Of a DNA stretch of 26,356 bases, positions 1 through 8,356 are shown piece by piece. The stretch is from a virus (Duplodnaviria > Heunggongvirae > Uroviricota > Caudoviricetes): the IMG/VR virus record IMGVR_UViG_2695420471_000001. One strand, given 5' to 3'. Both the position numbers and the translations under genes were made by a program. The notes under the pieces are model-generated. The model was not told the origin of the DNA. It saw only the letters and a list, made by a program, of their open reading frames with translations, and ran no database searches. Each line of letters begins with the position of its first letter. The first letter of the stretch is position 1.

Positions 1-18
1 GCGAATTACCGTCTTATA

Positions 19-345
19 TCACTGGCGCTGACACTTCATCACCTCCGGACGTAAATCACCATCCTTTGGTGCATTCAGAAACGCGTTCAGTGTCCCCGGT
101 GCATCAGTCGGTGCCACATCAATATCCCCGACACGGGTTGGCTGCCAGCCGTTACAGTGAAGCGCAACCTCGTAATACCCCGGCTCAGCCTCAATCACAT
201 AAGCACCGTTATTGTCCGTCACGCAAGTGGCAACAACGTGTGCCACAACGGTCGGACTGGTTCTTCTGGCCCGCAGTTCAATCGCACAATTTACGACAGG
301 TTTACCCGCCCCATCTTTCAGTACACCTGAAATCTTTACTGCCAT
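19..345 (-). CDS. stf: Side tail fiber (Stf)-like N-terminal domain protein, short form or truncated
   Basis: Translation from the internal Met reads MAVKISGVLKDGAGKPV..., matching the lambda Stf N-terminus (MAVKISGVLKDGTGKPVQNC...). ATG at 343-345 lies 63 nt downstream of the lom stop, as in lambda. The ORF ends at TGA (19-21) after about 109 aa, where lambda Stf continues; the window edge prevents seeing what follows. Confidence 0.55.
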   Translation of the reverse strand: MAVKISGVLKDGAGKPVVNCAIELRARRTSPTVVAHVVATCVTDNNGAYVIEAEPGYYEVALHCNGWQPTRVGDIDVAPTDAPGTLNAFLNAPKDGDLRPEVMKCQRQ

Positions 346-408
346 ATTCACCCCACAAAAAGCCCGCCTGAACCAGCGGGCAGTCATAACACTGTGTTAC
401 CTGGCTAA

Positions 409-1008
409 TCAGAACTTATAACCGACACCCACGATGAAACCGTCAGTGCGCCAGTCACCACTGCCGGAACCTTCATAAGCAAGGTCAATGGCCACGGATT
501 CGGTCGGGTTAAACTGCACGCCAGCCCCCCACGCCAGAGACGTGTTGCTGTGGCGACCGCCATCACTTCCGGTCAGCACATCGTGCGTTTTCCCCTTGTT
601 GTCAGTTACGCGGAGATAATCCCCGGAGAAGGTCGACACACGGCTGTAAGCCACGCCCGCCATCGCATACGCGCTGAACCATTCATTCACGCGCACAGAC
701 GGCCCCGCCATCACGCTGAACCAGCGGTTACGCACGGAATCCTCATGCCAGCGGGTATCGCTGTAATGCGTTTTTTGCTCATCTTCAGCGTTGGCATAAC
801 TGAATGACGTAATCAGCCCCAGCGTGTCCGTAAACTCATAACGGTATTTCACGTTAATGCCCTTCAGGTCATCGCTGCCTGGCATATCAGTATGGGTCTG
901 AAGATACCCGGCGCTCAGCGTGGACTGATGTTCAGACGCCCATGCAGGCGCACCGGATACGGCCAGACAGATGGCTGCGGACAAAATGGCTGCACAAACT
1001 TTACGCAT
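409..1008 (-). CDS. lom: Lom outer membrane protein (Ail/Lom/OmpX family beta-barrel)
   Basis: 199-aa ORF with signal peptide (MRKVCAAILSAAICLAVSGAPAWA) and near-identity to lambda Lom throughout, ending ...DGFIVGVGYKF. Sits immediately downstream of J as in lambda. Confidence 0.92.
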   Translation of the reverse strand: MRKVCAAILSAAICLAVSGAPAWASEHQSTLSAGYLQTHTDMPGSDDLKGINVKYRYEFTDTLGLITSFSYANAEDEQKTHYSDTRWHEDSVRNRWFSVMAGPSVRVNEWFSAYAMAGVAYSRVSTFSGDYLRVTDNKGKTHDVLTGSDGGRHSNTSLAWGAGVQFNPTESVAIDLAYEGSGSGDWRTDGFIVGVGYKF

Positions 1009-1031
1009 AATTACCTCTCGCTTTTCTGCAA

Positions 1032-1056
1032 TAAAAAAGGCACCATTTCTGGTGCC
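1032..1056 (-). terminator. Rho-independent terminator between J and lom
   Basis: Perfect 7-bp stem ggcacca/tggtgcc (1039-1045 and 1050-1056) with a 4-nt loop, followed on the minus strand by a U-tract (plus-strand aaaaaa at 1033-1038). Confidence 0.5.
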
Positions 1057-1075
1057 CGTATCTGGGTTATAAAAT

Positions 1076-3412
1076 TCAGCTAATCGTGATGCCTGCAGTG
1101 GCTTTCTTCATCACCACAACCAGCAAATCGCTGATACTTGCTGTGGGATACCAGCCATTTACCAGCCATGCCGATACAGAAAACTCCAGCGTCATGTGAC
1201 CGTGACCGGCAGGCATATCAATAACACCCGTATATATCAGCGTATTATCCAGGGTCGTTCGGTTATAAATTTCAGCACCGTTTTTCTTCACTATCAGGCG
1301 GCATGACGAATAAATATTGTTATTCTTCCGCTCATGTTTAGCACCGCGAAACGCCACCGCGGGAATAACAATTTGCCGATCAAACGGCTGATCGTCATAA
1401 ACCCTGACGGTAATGGTCCCTGATGGCCACCTCTCCGGTGCCCGGGAGTCCCGTGGGAAAGGTTTGCCCACTGTTTTAACGAGATCGCCTTCAATCTGGT
1501 TCGCGGACAATTTTCCCAGAACCCGACAGTTCTTATTAATCGTGACGTTGTTGAGCGTCCCGGAGTTCGCGTTCACGTTACCGCTGATATCGGCATTTTT
1601 CGCCGTCAGCCGTCCGCCAGGTGTCAGGGAAAATGCCGGAGGATTACCGCCGCTGGTAATGGTCGGAGCCGTCAGGCATTTCAGGAACACGTCGTTCATG
1701 AATATCTGATCGCCCTGACCAACAAACATCGGCTTTGTGTTGCCATTCGCAGGATTAATCATCGCAATCCTGTCTGCCGCCAGCAGCACCTGACTCTGCA
1801 TTCCTGCTGGCGTATTCTCAATACCGGCACCGATACCCGCAATATAAAGGCGTCCGTCCTTCATCTGTTGCAGCTTCACAGCCCACATGCTGTTCAGGTT
1901 ATTATTTGTATCAACCTGAACTTTCTGTATCTGCTGGATTGCAGCACTCTGATTTTCCAGTTTTTTATTGACGGTTTGCGTGATTTCATTGCTGACATTC
2001 GTAATGGACGTCCTGATTTCAGTCAGGTCCGGCGCAAGCTGACCGTTATCAATCTGCGTCCACAACTCCTTGCCGAGATGCGTTTTATTGATCAACCCTT
2101 TATAAAAATTCAGATAACCTTCTGCATCATCGCTCGCCCGACCGATGGCCTCCACAAATGCCGATTTGCCAACGGTGTTCACACTGCGAACGTAAAAATA
2201 ATAATCATGGCCCGGCCTGATATTGATACTGGCGGCTATCCAGTACAGCGCCGTGCCAAGATAGCGGGCGCTGGTTTCAACCTGCCTGATATCCGCAATC
2301 CGCTTTTCCGAAAACCAGAACTCAAACTGCACCGTCGGGTCATATACAGCCAGTTTCGGGACCGCCGTTATCTGAAAATACCCCGGTATCAGTTCAATAG
2401 TGACAGGCGCTGCCGGTGCCGCAATCCGGAACGATACCGACGCCGGATCGCCCTGCTGCCCCCACGCATTTACTGCCCGGACTGTCAGCCTGTAGTTCCC
2501 CAGCGCCAGTTGTGTGAAGCGGTAAGTGGTTTCCGTCGTCCGGGCCGTGCTGACCAGCCGCTCACTGCCGTCATCCGCTGTTACGGTCAGACGGAGCAGG
2601 AAGCTCACGCCCTTCACCACCTTCGGCGTGTCCCAGCGCGCCAGCACCTGATATTCCCCGCTGTCTGCGGTGACTTCGGCAGTCAGGTGCTGCACCGCTG
2701 GCGGCGTGACACCATTCACCGTGCCGCTCTGGTCGCCGTCAAAGTGCGCCCCGTTATCCACGATGGCTTCTTTTTCCGGCACATGCTGCACGGCGGTGAT
2801 GGCATACGTGCCGTCGTCGTTCTCACGGATACTCACGCAGCGGAACAATCGCTGGTGCAGCGTCGGCAGCTTCAGCCCCCACACGCTGTATTCAGCAACA
2901 CCGTCAGGAACACGGCTCACTTTTACCTTCACGCCGTCGGTGACGGACTGGACCTCCACGCTGACCGGATTCCCCTGCCCGTCAACCAGGCTTATCAGCG
3001 TGGTGCCGGAGGATGGCAGCGTGATTTCACGGTCGAGCGTCAGCGTCCGGGTCTGGCTGTTCACCGCCAGCACGCGCCCGCCGGTGCGGATACCGGCATA
3101 GTCATCATCGCAGATTTCAATGACATCGCCCGGTACATGACGAAGCCCTTCAGCACCCACGCTGAAATCCACGGTCTGCGTCTCCAGCAGTTCCGTTTTA
3201 ATCAGCCACAGCCCGGCGCGGTGTGCCTGCCCCCGGCTGGTACAGCCAAAGGCATCCATCTTCGTGACGTTACGACCGTAACGGACAATGGCCTGCGTAT
3301 CCTCCACAAGCTCTGTCGCCGTCTCCCAGCCGTTATCCGGGTCAATCCAGTTCACCTCAACGGCATTATGGCGGTCTTTCAGGGCGCTGAAACTGTAGCG
3401 GAACGGCGCGCC
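1076..3412 (-). CDS. J: Host specificity protein J (central tail fiber), C-terminal about 778 codons; 5' end runs into an N-gap
   Basis: In-frame continuation of J-like sequence ([22 protein letters not shown]..., repeated fibronectin-like region, ...[35 protein letters not shown]...). Stop at 1076-1078. The N-terminal two thirds are near-identical to lambda J; the last 250 aa or so are recognisably homologous but divergent. Confidence 0.85.
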   Translation of the reverse strand, partial: GAPFRYSFSALKDRHNAVEVNWIDPDNGWETATELVEDTQAIVRYGRNVTKMDAFGCTSRGQAHRAGLWLIKTELLETQTVDFSVGAEGLRHVPGDVIEICDDDYAGIRTGGRVLAVNSQTRTLTLDREITLPSSGTTLISLVDGQGNPVSVEVQSVTDGVKVKVSRVPDGVAEYSVWGLKLPTLHQRLFRCVSIRENDDGTYAITAVQHVPEKEAIVDNGAHFDGDQSGTVNGVTPPAVQHLTAEVTADSGEYQVLARWDTPKVVKGVSFLLRLTVTADDGSERLVSTARTTETTYRFTQLALGNYRLTVRAVNAWGQQGDPASVSFRIAAPAAPVTIELIPGYFQITAVPKLAVYDPTVQFEFWFSEKRIADIRQVETSARYLGTALYWIAASINIRPGHDYYFYVRSVNTVGKSAFVEAIGRASDDAEGYLNFYKGLINKTHLGKELWTQIDNGQLAPDLTEIRTSITNVSNEITQTVNKKLENQSAAIQQIQKVQVDTNNNLNSMWAVKLQQMKDGRLYIAGIGAGIENTPAGMQSQVLLAADRIAMINPANGNTKPMFVGQGDQIFMNDVFLKCLTAPTITSGGNPPAFSLTPGGRLTAKNADISGNVNANSGTLNNVTINKNCRVLGKLSANQIEGDLVKTVGKPFPRDSRAPERWPSGTITVRVYDDQPFDRQIVIPAVAFRGAKHERKNNNIYSSCRLIVKKNGAEIYNRTTLDNTLIYTGVIDMPAGHGHMTLEFSVSAWLVNGWYPTASISDLLVVVMKKATAGITIS

Positions 3413-4361
3413 NNNNNNNNNNNGCCCGGACTGTCAGACTGTAATTCCCCAGCGCCAGCTGCCTGAAGCGGTATGTGGTTTCCGTCGTCCTGGCTGTGCT
3501 GACCAGCCGCTCACTGCCGTCGTCCGCTGCCACGGTCAGGCGAAGCAGGAAGCTCACACCCTTCACCACCTTCGGCGTGTCCCATCGCGCCAGCACCTGA
3601 TATTCCCCGCTGTCTGCGGTGACTTCGGCGGTCAGATGCTGCACCGCTGGCGGCGTGACACCATTCACCGTGCCGCGCCGGTCACCGTCAAAGTGTGCCC
3701 CGTTATCCACGATGGCCTCTTTTTCCGGCACATGCTGCACGGCGGTGATGGCATACGTGCCGTCGTCGTTCTCACGGATACTCACGCAGCGGAACAGACG
3801 CTGGCGCAGCGTCGGCAGCTTCAGCCCCCACACGCTGTATTCTGCAACGCCGTCAGGAACCCGGCTCACTTTCACCTTCACGCCGTCGGTGACGGACTGG
3901 ACCTCCACGCTGACCGGATTGCCACTTCCGTCAACCAGGCTTATCAGCGTGGTACCGGAGGACGGCAGCGTGATTTCACGGTCGAGCGTCAGCGTCCGGG
4001 TCTGGCTGTTCACCGCCAGTACGCGACCACCGGTGCTGATACCGGCATAATCATCATCGCAGATTTCAATGACATCACCCGGTACATGGCGAAGCCCTTC
4101 TGCGCCCACGCTGAAGTCCACGGTCTGCGTTTCCAGCAGTTCCGTTTTAATCAGCCACAGCCCGGCTCGGTGTGCCTGCCCCCGGCTGGTACAGCCAAAG
4201 GCATCCATCTTCGTGACATTACGACCGTAACGGGCAATGGCCTGCGTATCCTCCACAAGCTCTGTCGCCGTCTCCCAGCCGTTATCTGGGTCAATCCAGT
4301 TCACCTCAACGGCATTATGGCGGTCCTTCAGGGCGCTGAAGCTGTAGCGGAACGGCGCGCC
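2475..4361. repeat. Two near-identical copies (about 938 bp each) of an internal J segment, flanking the 11-N gap
   Basis: 2475-3412 aligns base-for-base with 3424-4361 apart from scattered SNPs (for example AIVRYGRNV vs AIARYGRNV, DGQGNP vs [18 protein letters not shown] vs RFRQLALGNYSL in translation). Confidence 0.85.
3413..3423. other. Run of 11 N (assembly gap or masked bases)
   Basis: Literal n characters in the sequence; flanked on both sides by J sequence from different positions of the gene. Confidence 0.95.
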
Positions 4362-5504
4362 ATCGTCCGGCATCACCACATTACTGCGGTTATAGGTCCA
4401 CACCTTATCCGACGGTCGGTCCTGCACGAACGTCAGCATCTGTCCGTTCCATACCGGCATACAGCGCATCGCCGAGCAGAAATCACTGAGAACATCCCAC
4501 GCCTTACGCTGTGTGGTCAGGTAAGAGTTACAGGTGATGCGCGGCTCCGTGCCGCCAAATCCGTCCGTCACTGACTGGTCGCAGTACTGGCCGATGACAT
4601 ACAGCGCCCATTTGTCCACATCTGCCGCACCAAGACGTTTCCCCATGCCGTAGCGCGGATGAGTGAGCATGTCCCACAGACACCAGGCCATGTTGTTGCT
4701 GTATGCTGGCTTAAGCGTTCCGTCCCAGATACCGCTGTATTGCCGCGTCTGCGGGTTATAGTTCGACGGCACCTGCAGAATGCGCCCGCGAAGATGATAA
4801 TTGCGACTCACCTGCTGGTTACCGAACTGCTCTGAATCCACCTGCACGCCGACCAGCGCCGTGTTCGGGTAGCACTGTTTCACATCGATGATTTCGGTGT
4901 ATGACGACCAGAGCGTTTTGTTCTGCAGCTGGTCTGTGGTGCTGTCCGGTGTCATCCTGCGCATCCGGATATTAAACGGGCGCGGCGGCAGGTTACCCAC
5001 CACCACCGAGGCCAGATACTGCGAAGTGGTTTTGCCCTTAATGGTGATGTCTTTTTCCGTCACCCAGCCACCGTTACGCTGTATCTGAACCAGCAGGCGG
5101 ACTTCCGACGGATTCCGGTCACCCTTTGAGGTGGTTTCCACCAGTGCCTGCACACCGAAGGTCAGGCGCAGACGGTCGATGTTTGCCGACGTGATGGTCC
5201 GGGTGATCGGCGTGTCATATTTCACTTCCGTACCCAGCACCGTCTCGGAGCCGGAGGATTCAAAACCCTCCGGCGGTGTCTGCTCCTGCTCACCTGCACG
5301 GAACACCACCGTAACACCGGAAAAGTTTGTCTTCCCCTCGCTGTCCAGGACCGGCGTACCGTTCAGCAGCACGCTTTTTAATCCATCCACCGGACCGTCA
5401 ACCGGCCCTTCGCTGATGGCATCAATCACACTCAGCAACTGCGTGGATTTCAGGTTGTCCTTCGCTTCGCGCGGGGTATGCCCCTTACTGCTGCCTTTAC
5501 CCAT
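3424..5504 (-). CDS. J: Host specificity protein J, N-terminal about 693 codons (copy B); 3' end runs into the N-gap
   Basis: ATG at 5502-5504; begins MGKGSSKGHTPREAKDNLKSTQLLSVIDAISEGPV..., near-identical to the lambda J N-terminus. The apparent continuation to a stop at 3366 passes through the N-run and is not real. Confidence 0.85.
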
Positions 5505-5564
5505 TCCTCACGCTCCATAAACGACAAAACCGCCCGCAGGCGGTTTCACATAAAACATTTTGCA

Positions 5565-6206
5565 TCAGCGACCAATCACCACAACCTGACCACCATCCCC
5601 TTCGTCTGCCGTGCTGATCTCCTGAGAAACCACACGTGACCCCACGCGCATTTCACCGTACAGAACGGGCAGAACATTGCCCTGGGCAACCATGTTATCC
5701 AGTGACGAGAAATACGTGTTCTGCTTACCGTTATCCGTTGTCTGTGTACGGGGAGTTCTGGCTTTCGGTGCCAGCATCTGTGCAACACCGCCAAGCGTCA
5801 TACTGGCACCGAGAGAAAACAGCAGATTACTCGCCATAATTCCTACCCCCGGCATCCATATAGCAACCGCCATAACAGCCGCCCCCAGCACCGCCTGAAA
5901 CACACCGCCACTTTTAGCTCCCACCAGACGCGGTACTATGTGGATCACTGCACCATTTGCCAGCGGCTCATTAAGACGGGCAGACAATTCGGTTTCACCT
6001 GCATCACGCCCGGCAATGCGCACCTGATACCAGCCGTCACTCAGTTTCTGACGAAACGCCGGGAGCTGTGTGGCCAGTGCCCGGATGGCTTCAGCCCCCG
6101 TTTTCACACGAAGGTCGATGCGGCGACCAAATCGTTGTAAATCCCCGTAAAGGCAGATGCGCGCCATGCCCGGTGACGCCAGAGGGAGTGTGTGCGTCGC
6201 TGCCAT
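5565..6206 (-). CDS. I: Tail assembly protein I (copy 1, variant with shorter hydrophobic central segment)
   Basis: 213 aa; MAATHTLPLASPGMARICLYGDLQRFGRRIDLRVKTGAEAIRALATQLPAFRQKLSDGWYQVRIAG... matches lambda I. Overlaps the 3' end of K by about 100 nt and lies 60 nt upstream of J, exactly as in lambda. Confidence 0.85.
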   Translation of the reverse strand: MAATHTLPLASPGMARICLYGDLQRFGRRIDLRVKTGAEAIRALATQLPAFRQKLSDGWYQVRIAGRDAGETELSARLNEPLANGAVIHIVPRLVGAKSGGVFQAVLGAAVMAVAIWMPGVGIMASNLLFSLGASMTLGGVAQMLAPKARTPRTQTTDNGKQNTYFSSLDNMVAQGNVLPVLYGEMRVGSRVVSQEISTADEGDGGQVVVIGR

Positions 6207-6847
6207 TTGTCGGTATACCTCTCTCGTTTGCTCAGTTGTTCAGGAATATGGTGCAGCAGCTCGCCGTCACCACAGTAAATGGCGGCATGATTCGGCACCG
6301 ATGAACCAAAACAGCACAGCAGCACATCGCCCGGCTGTGCCTCTGTCAGTGCGACACGGTAAAAACCCGTCACCTCCATATTGTCAAGATAGAGATTCTG
6401 ACCGTTACGCCACCAGTCATCCCCGCGATGAAAATCCGGCATCTCAATCCCTGCCAGATGATAAGCATCCCGGAACAGCGTGTAACAGTCCGTCACCCCG
6501 TGCTCAAAGCGCCGCCCGGTAAGATGTGGCACACAGCGGAACTTGTGAATCGCCCCCCGGCAGACCAGCCACCACGGCAAATCACTCTGCACCTGCAGCC
6601 GCCGGTCAGCCTCACTCAGCCAGGGCAGACCACCGGGATGACTGTGGACCAGCGCCACAATCTCACCCTGCATTTGTGCCCGCAGCCAGTCCTCCGGAGC
6701 CATCCGGAACCGTTCCTCCGGCTCACCGGAGATATTCTCGCTGGGAAGATACCTGTCTCCCTCCGGCGTTCTTACCACGAAGCCACACGACTCCGCTGGC
6801 GCACATCGCCGGGCGTGCGCCAGAATCGCTGATTCTGTCTGTGTCAT
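6104..6847 (-). CDS. K: Tail tip assembly protein K (copy 1; JAMM/MPN plus NlpC/P60 domains)
   Basis: Start set at MTQTESAILAHARRCAPAESCGFVV (ATG 6845-6847), by homology to copy 2; the longer 335-aa track ORF is an upstream extension into L. JAMM motif HSHPGGLPWLSEAD is present. Confidence 0.85.
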   Translation of the reverse strand: MTQTESAILAHARRCAPAESCGFVVRTPEGDRYLPSENISGEPEERFRMAPEDWLRAQMQGEIVALVHSHPGGLPWLSEADRRLQVQSDLPWWLVCRGAIHKFRCVPHLTGRRFEHGVTDCYTLFRDAYHLAGIEMPDFHRGDDWWRNGQNLYLDNMEVTGFYRVALTEAQPGDVLLCCFGSSVPNHAAIYCGDGELLHHIPEQLSKRERYTDKWQRRTHSLWRHRAWRASAFTGIYNDLVAASTFV

Positions 6848-6851
6848 GGAT

Positions 6852-7550
6852 TTACTGAGAAAGTTTATTGATGGAAAGGAAACCGCCGAAATTACCGGTA
6901 TTGTTGCGCAACTCACACCCGCGCATACACTTGCTGCATTTGTCCTTCCGGATATCCGTCGTTGGTTTGTCGAACTCGTCAGCCACTGCCCTGCCCGTGT
7001 AACCACACTCATCAGAACGGTAAGTCCACATACAGGTATTCGCCAGCATGATACGCCCCGGGAAAACCGCGCCATCCGTCTCCGTTGGTGTGGCCAGCAC
7101 AAAAGAGGCACTGACCGCGCTCAGTTCGCTGCACTGCTCGATGCGCCAGCGGCTGATCACCTCCTGTTCCGGATCGGCGTCGCTGTTTCCGTTGACGAAG
7201 TTCACCGCATCCAGAAAACGGGCGTAAACCTTACGCCTGACCACCGTTCCGCCGACCAGACTCTGCAGGTCTTCCGCCATCCCGGTGACCATTCCGTGCA
7301 GGTTAGAAACCGTCAGTGTCGGACGGGCAGCACTGCCCTTGCCGTTCAGTTCAAATCCCGTCCCCTGAATGGGGTATGCCTGATACTGCCGCCCCTGCCA
7401 GGTAACCGGCTCACCTTTTTCGTTCTGCTCATTACAGAAAAAATAACGTTCTCCACCGACCTCTGTCAGATCGATTTCCCAGAGCACCACCTGGGCTGAC
7501 TGAGTGAGGCGTGTCGTCTCATGATGTGTTTCCTGTGGAATATCCTGCAT
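6852..7550 (-). CDS. L: Minor tail protein L (copy 1)
   Basis: 232 aa, same length as lambda L; about 90% identical by eye to copy 2. C-terminal cysteine cluster (DKCSKCMRGC) consistent with the Fe-S site described for gpL. Confidence 0.88.
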   Translation of the reverse strand: MQDIPQETHHETTRLTQSAQVVLWEIDLTEVGGERYFFCNEQNEKGEPVTWQGRQYQAYPIQGTGFELNGKGSAARPTLTVSNLHGMVTGMAEDLQSLVGGTVVRRKVYARFLDAVNFVNGNSDADPEQEVISRWRIEQCSELSAVSASFVLATPTETDGAVFPGRIMLANTCMWTYRSDECGYTGRAVADEFDKPTTDIRKDKCSKCMRGCELRNNTGNFGGFLSINKLSQ

Positions 7551-7559
7551 CAGAGCCTC

Positions 7560-7889
7560 CTATGCCACGACCTGTTCAAAATCTGCCGTTATGGTTACCC
7601 ACAACGCCCCCACGCTTGCCGACCATTTACGACAAACCACCCTGATCGGCTTCCAGTCATAAGGTGGCGTCCACTGAAATGCGCGGACGCCACCGTGCCG
7701 TTCCAGAAAGGCTTTTAAAAATGGGTGTTCACCTTTACGAACACGTATCTTCACGCTGTAAGTCGACAACTGGTTATTCAGTCCCGCCGCACGACGCTGT
7801 TCATAACCATCGCCCAGCTTCACTGTCACCACTTTCGGCTCTGATACCACATTCATATCCGGGCGCACTTTCCAGTGAAACGTCTCCAT
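7560..7889 (-). CDS. M: Minor tail protein M (copy 1, divergent allele)
   Basis: 109 aa, same length and position as lambda M but only about 50% identical by eye to copy 2 (METFHWKVRPDMNVVSEP... vs MKTFRWKVKPGMDVASAP...). Confidence 0.8.
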   Translation of the reverse strand: METFHWKVRPDMNVVSEPKVVTVKLGDGYEQRRAAGLNNQLSTYSVKIRVRKGEHPFLKAFLERHGGVRAFQWTPPYDWKPIRVVCRKWSASVGALWVTITADFEQVVA

Positions 7890-8228
7890 TACCGGTATGC
7901 TCCACTTAACCGGCCACCATCACGGGCCTGCTGTTGCATAAAGTCCGCGGCCGCTTTTTTCCCGAGGTCATAAACCACCTTCAGGGCAGCCGGACCTATC
8001 TGCCCGTTCGTGCCATCGTTATTGATCTCAATGTTGTACTGCGGGGCAAACATCACCATGCCTGAACCACCAGTATCCGCCACACCCCCCAGCTTACCAT
8101 CAGCACCGCGACGCAGTGGCAGAATGGCTTCAGGTCCCGCTTCCCCCATCACACCCGCGCCTTTTGCAAAAGCAAAAAACGTCGGACGGTTAACCACCGT
8201 GCCACTGTAGCGACTCAAATCAGCAGAC
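7889..8228 (-). pseudogene. H: Tape measure protein H, 3' fragment only (C-terminal 110 codons or so), truncated at an IS junction
   Basis: Translation ...YNIEINNDGTNGQIGPAALKVVYDLGKKAAADFMQQQARDGGRLSGAYR aligns with the lambda H C-terminus (...NHVVIQNDGTNGLPGPQMMKAVYDMARKGARDEIQTQMRDGGLFSGGGR). Its stop overlaps the M start. Upstream the reading frame runs into IS-like sequence and hits a stop; no H N-terminus is present. Confidence 0.7.
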
Positions 8229-8353
8229 TGAGGTAGCCTGAGTTTAACGGACACTCCTTCCTGAAATAGAATGGCATCAGAAGGAGCTAATAATGAGCAG
8301 AAAAACCCAACGTTACTCTAAAGAGTTCAAAGCCGAAGCTGTCAGAACGGTTC
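8229..8353 (+). mobile_element. IS3-family insertion sequence, left end only (putative inverted repeat plus first 20 codons of orfA); possibly IS600-like
   Basis: Good RBS (aaggag) then ATG at 8293 encoding MSRKTQRYSKEFKAEAVRTV, a typical IS3-family OrfA N-terminus (HTH region). Upstream sequence begins tgaggtagcctgagtttaacgg, consistent with a TG-initiated terminal inverted repeat. The element is cut off by NNN at 8354. The left boundary is approximate (about +/-10 bp). Confidence 0.6.
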
Positions 8354-8356
8354 NNN
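8354..8356. other. Run of 3 N at the IS/J junction
   Basis: Literal nnn; IS orfA sequence on one side, internal J sequence (minus strand) on the other. Confidence 0.95.

Noticed and set aside
3366-3423. Apparent C-terminal tail (...[14 protein letters not shown]) of the J N-terminal ORF read through the N-run
   Set aside because: This is read-through across an assembly gap into out-of-frame sequence from the other J copy, not real coding sequence.
1868-3466. 532-aa plus-strand ORF antisense to J, running through the N-gap
   Set aside because: It lies entirely opposite a well-supported J coding region, its translation is low-complexity and Arg/Pro-rich as expected for antisense frames of GC-rich genes, and it crosses the N-run. 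Treated as a six-frame artefact.
2475-4361. Direct repeats that might suggest a CRISPR array or DGR template/variable-region pair
   Set aside because: The repeats are about 0.94-kb near-identical gene segments, not short spaced repeats. There is no reverse transcriptase, no cas gene, and no adenine-specific substitution pattern.
6104-7111. 335-aa form of K and other upstream-extended ORFs in the track (C at 20972, V at 16330, FI at 18092, E at 19147)
   Set aside because: The extensions run into the preceding gene and contradict the conserved lambda N-termini and overlaps; shorter homology-supported starts were used.
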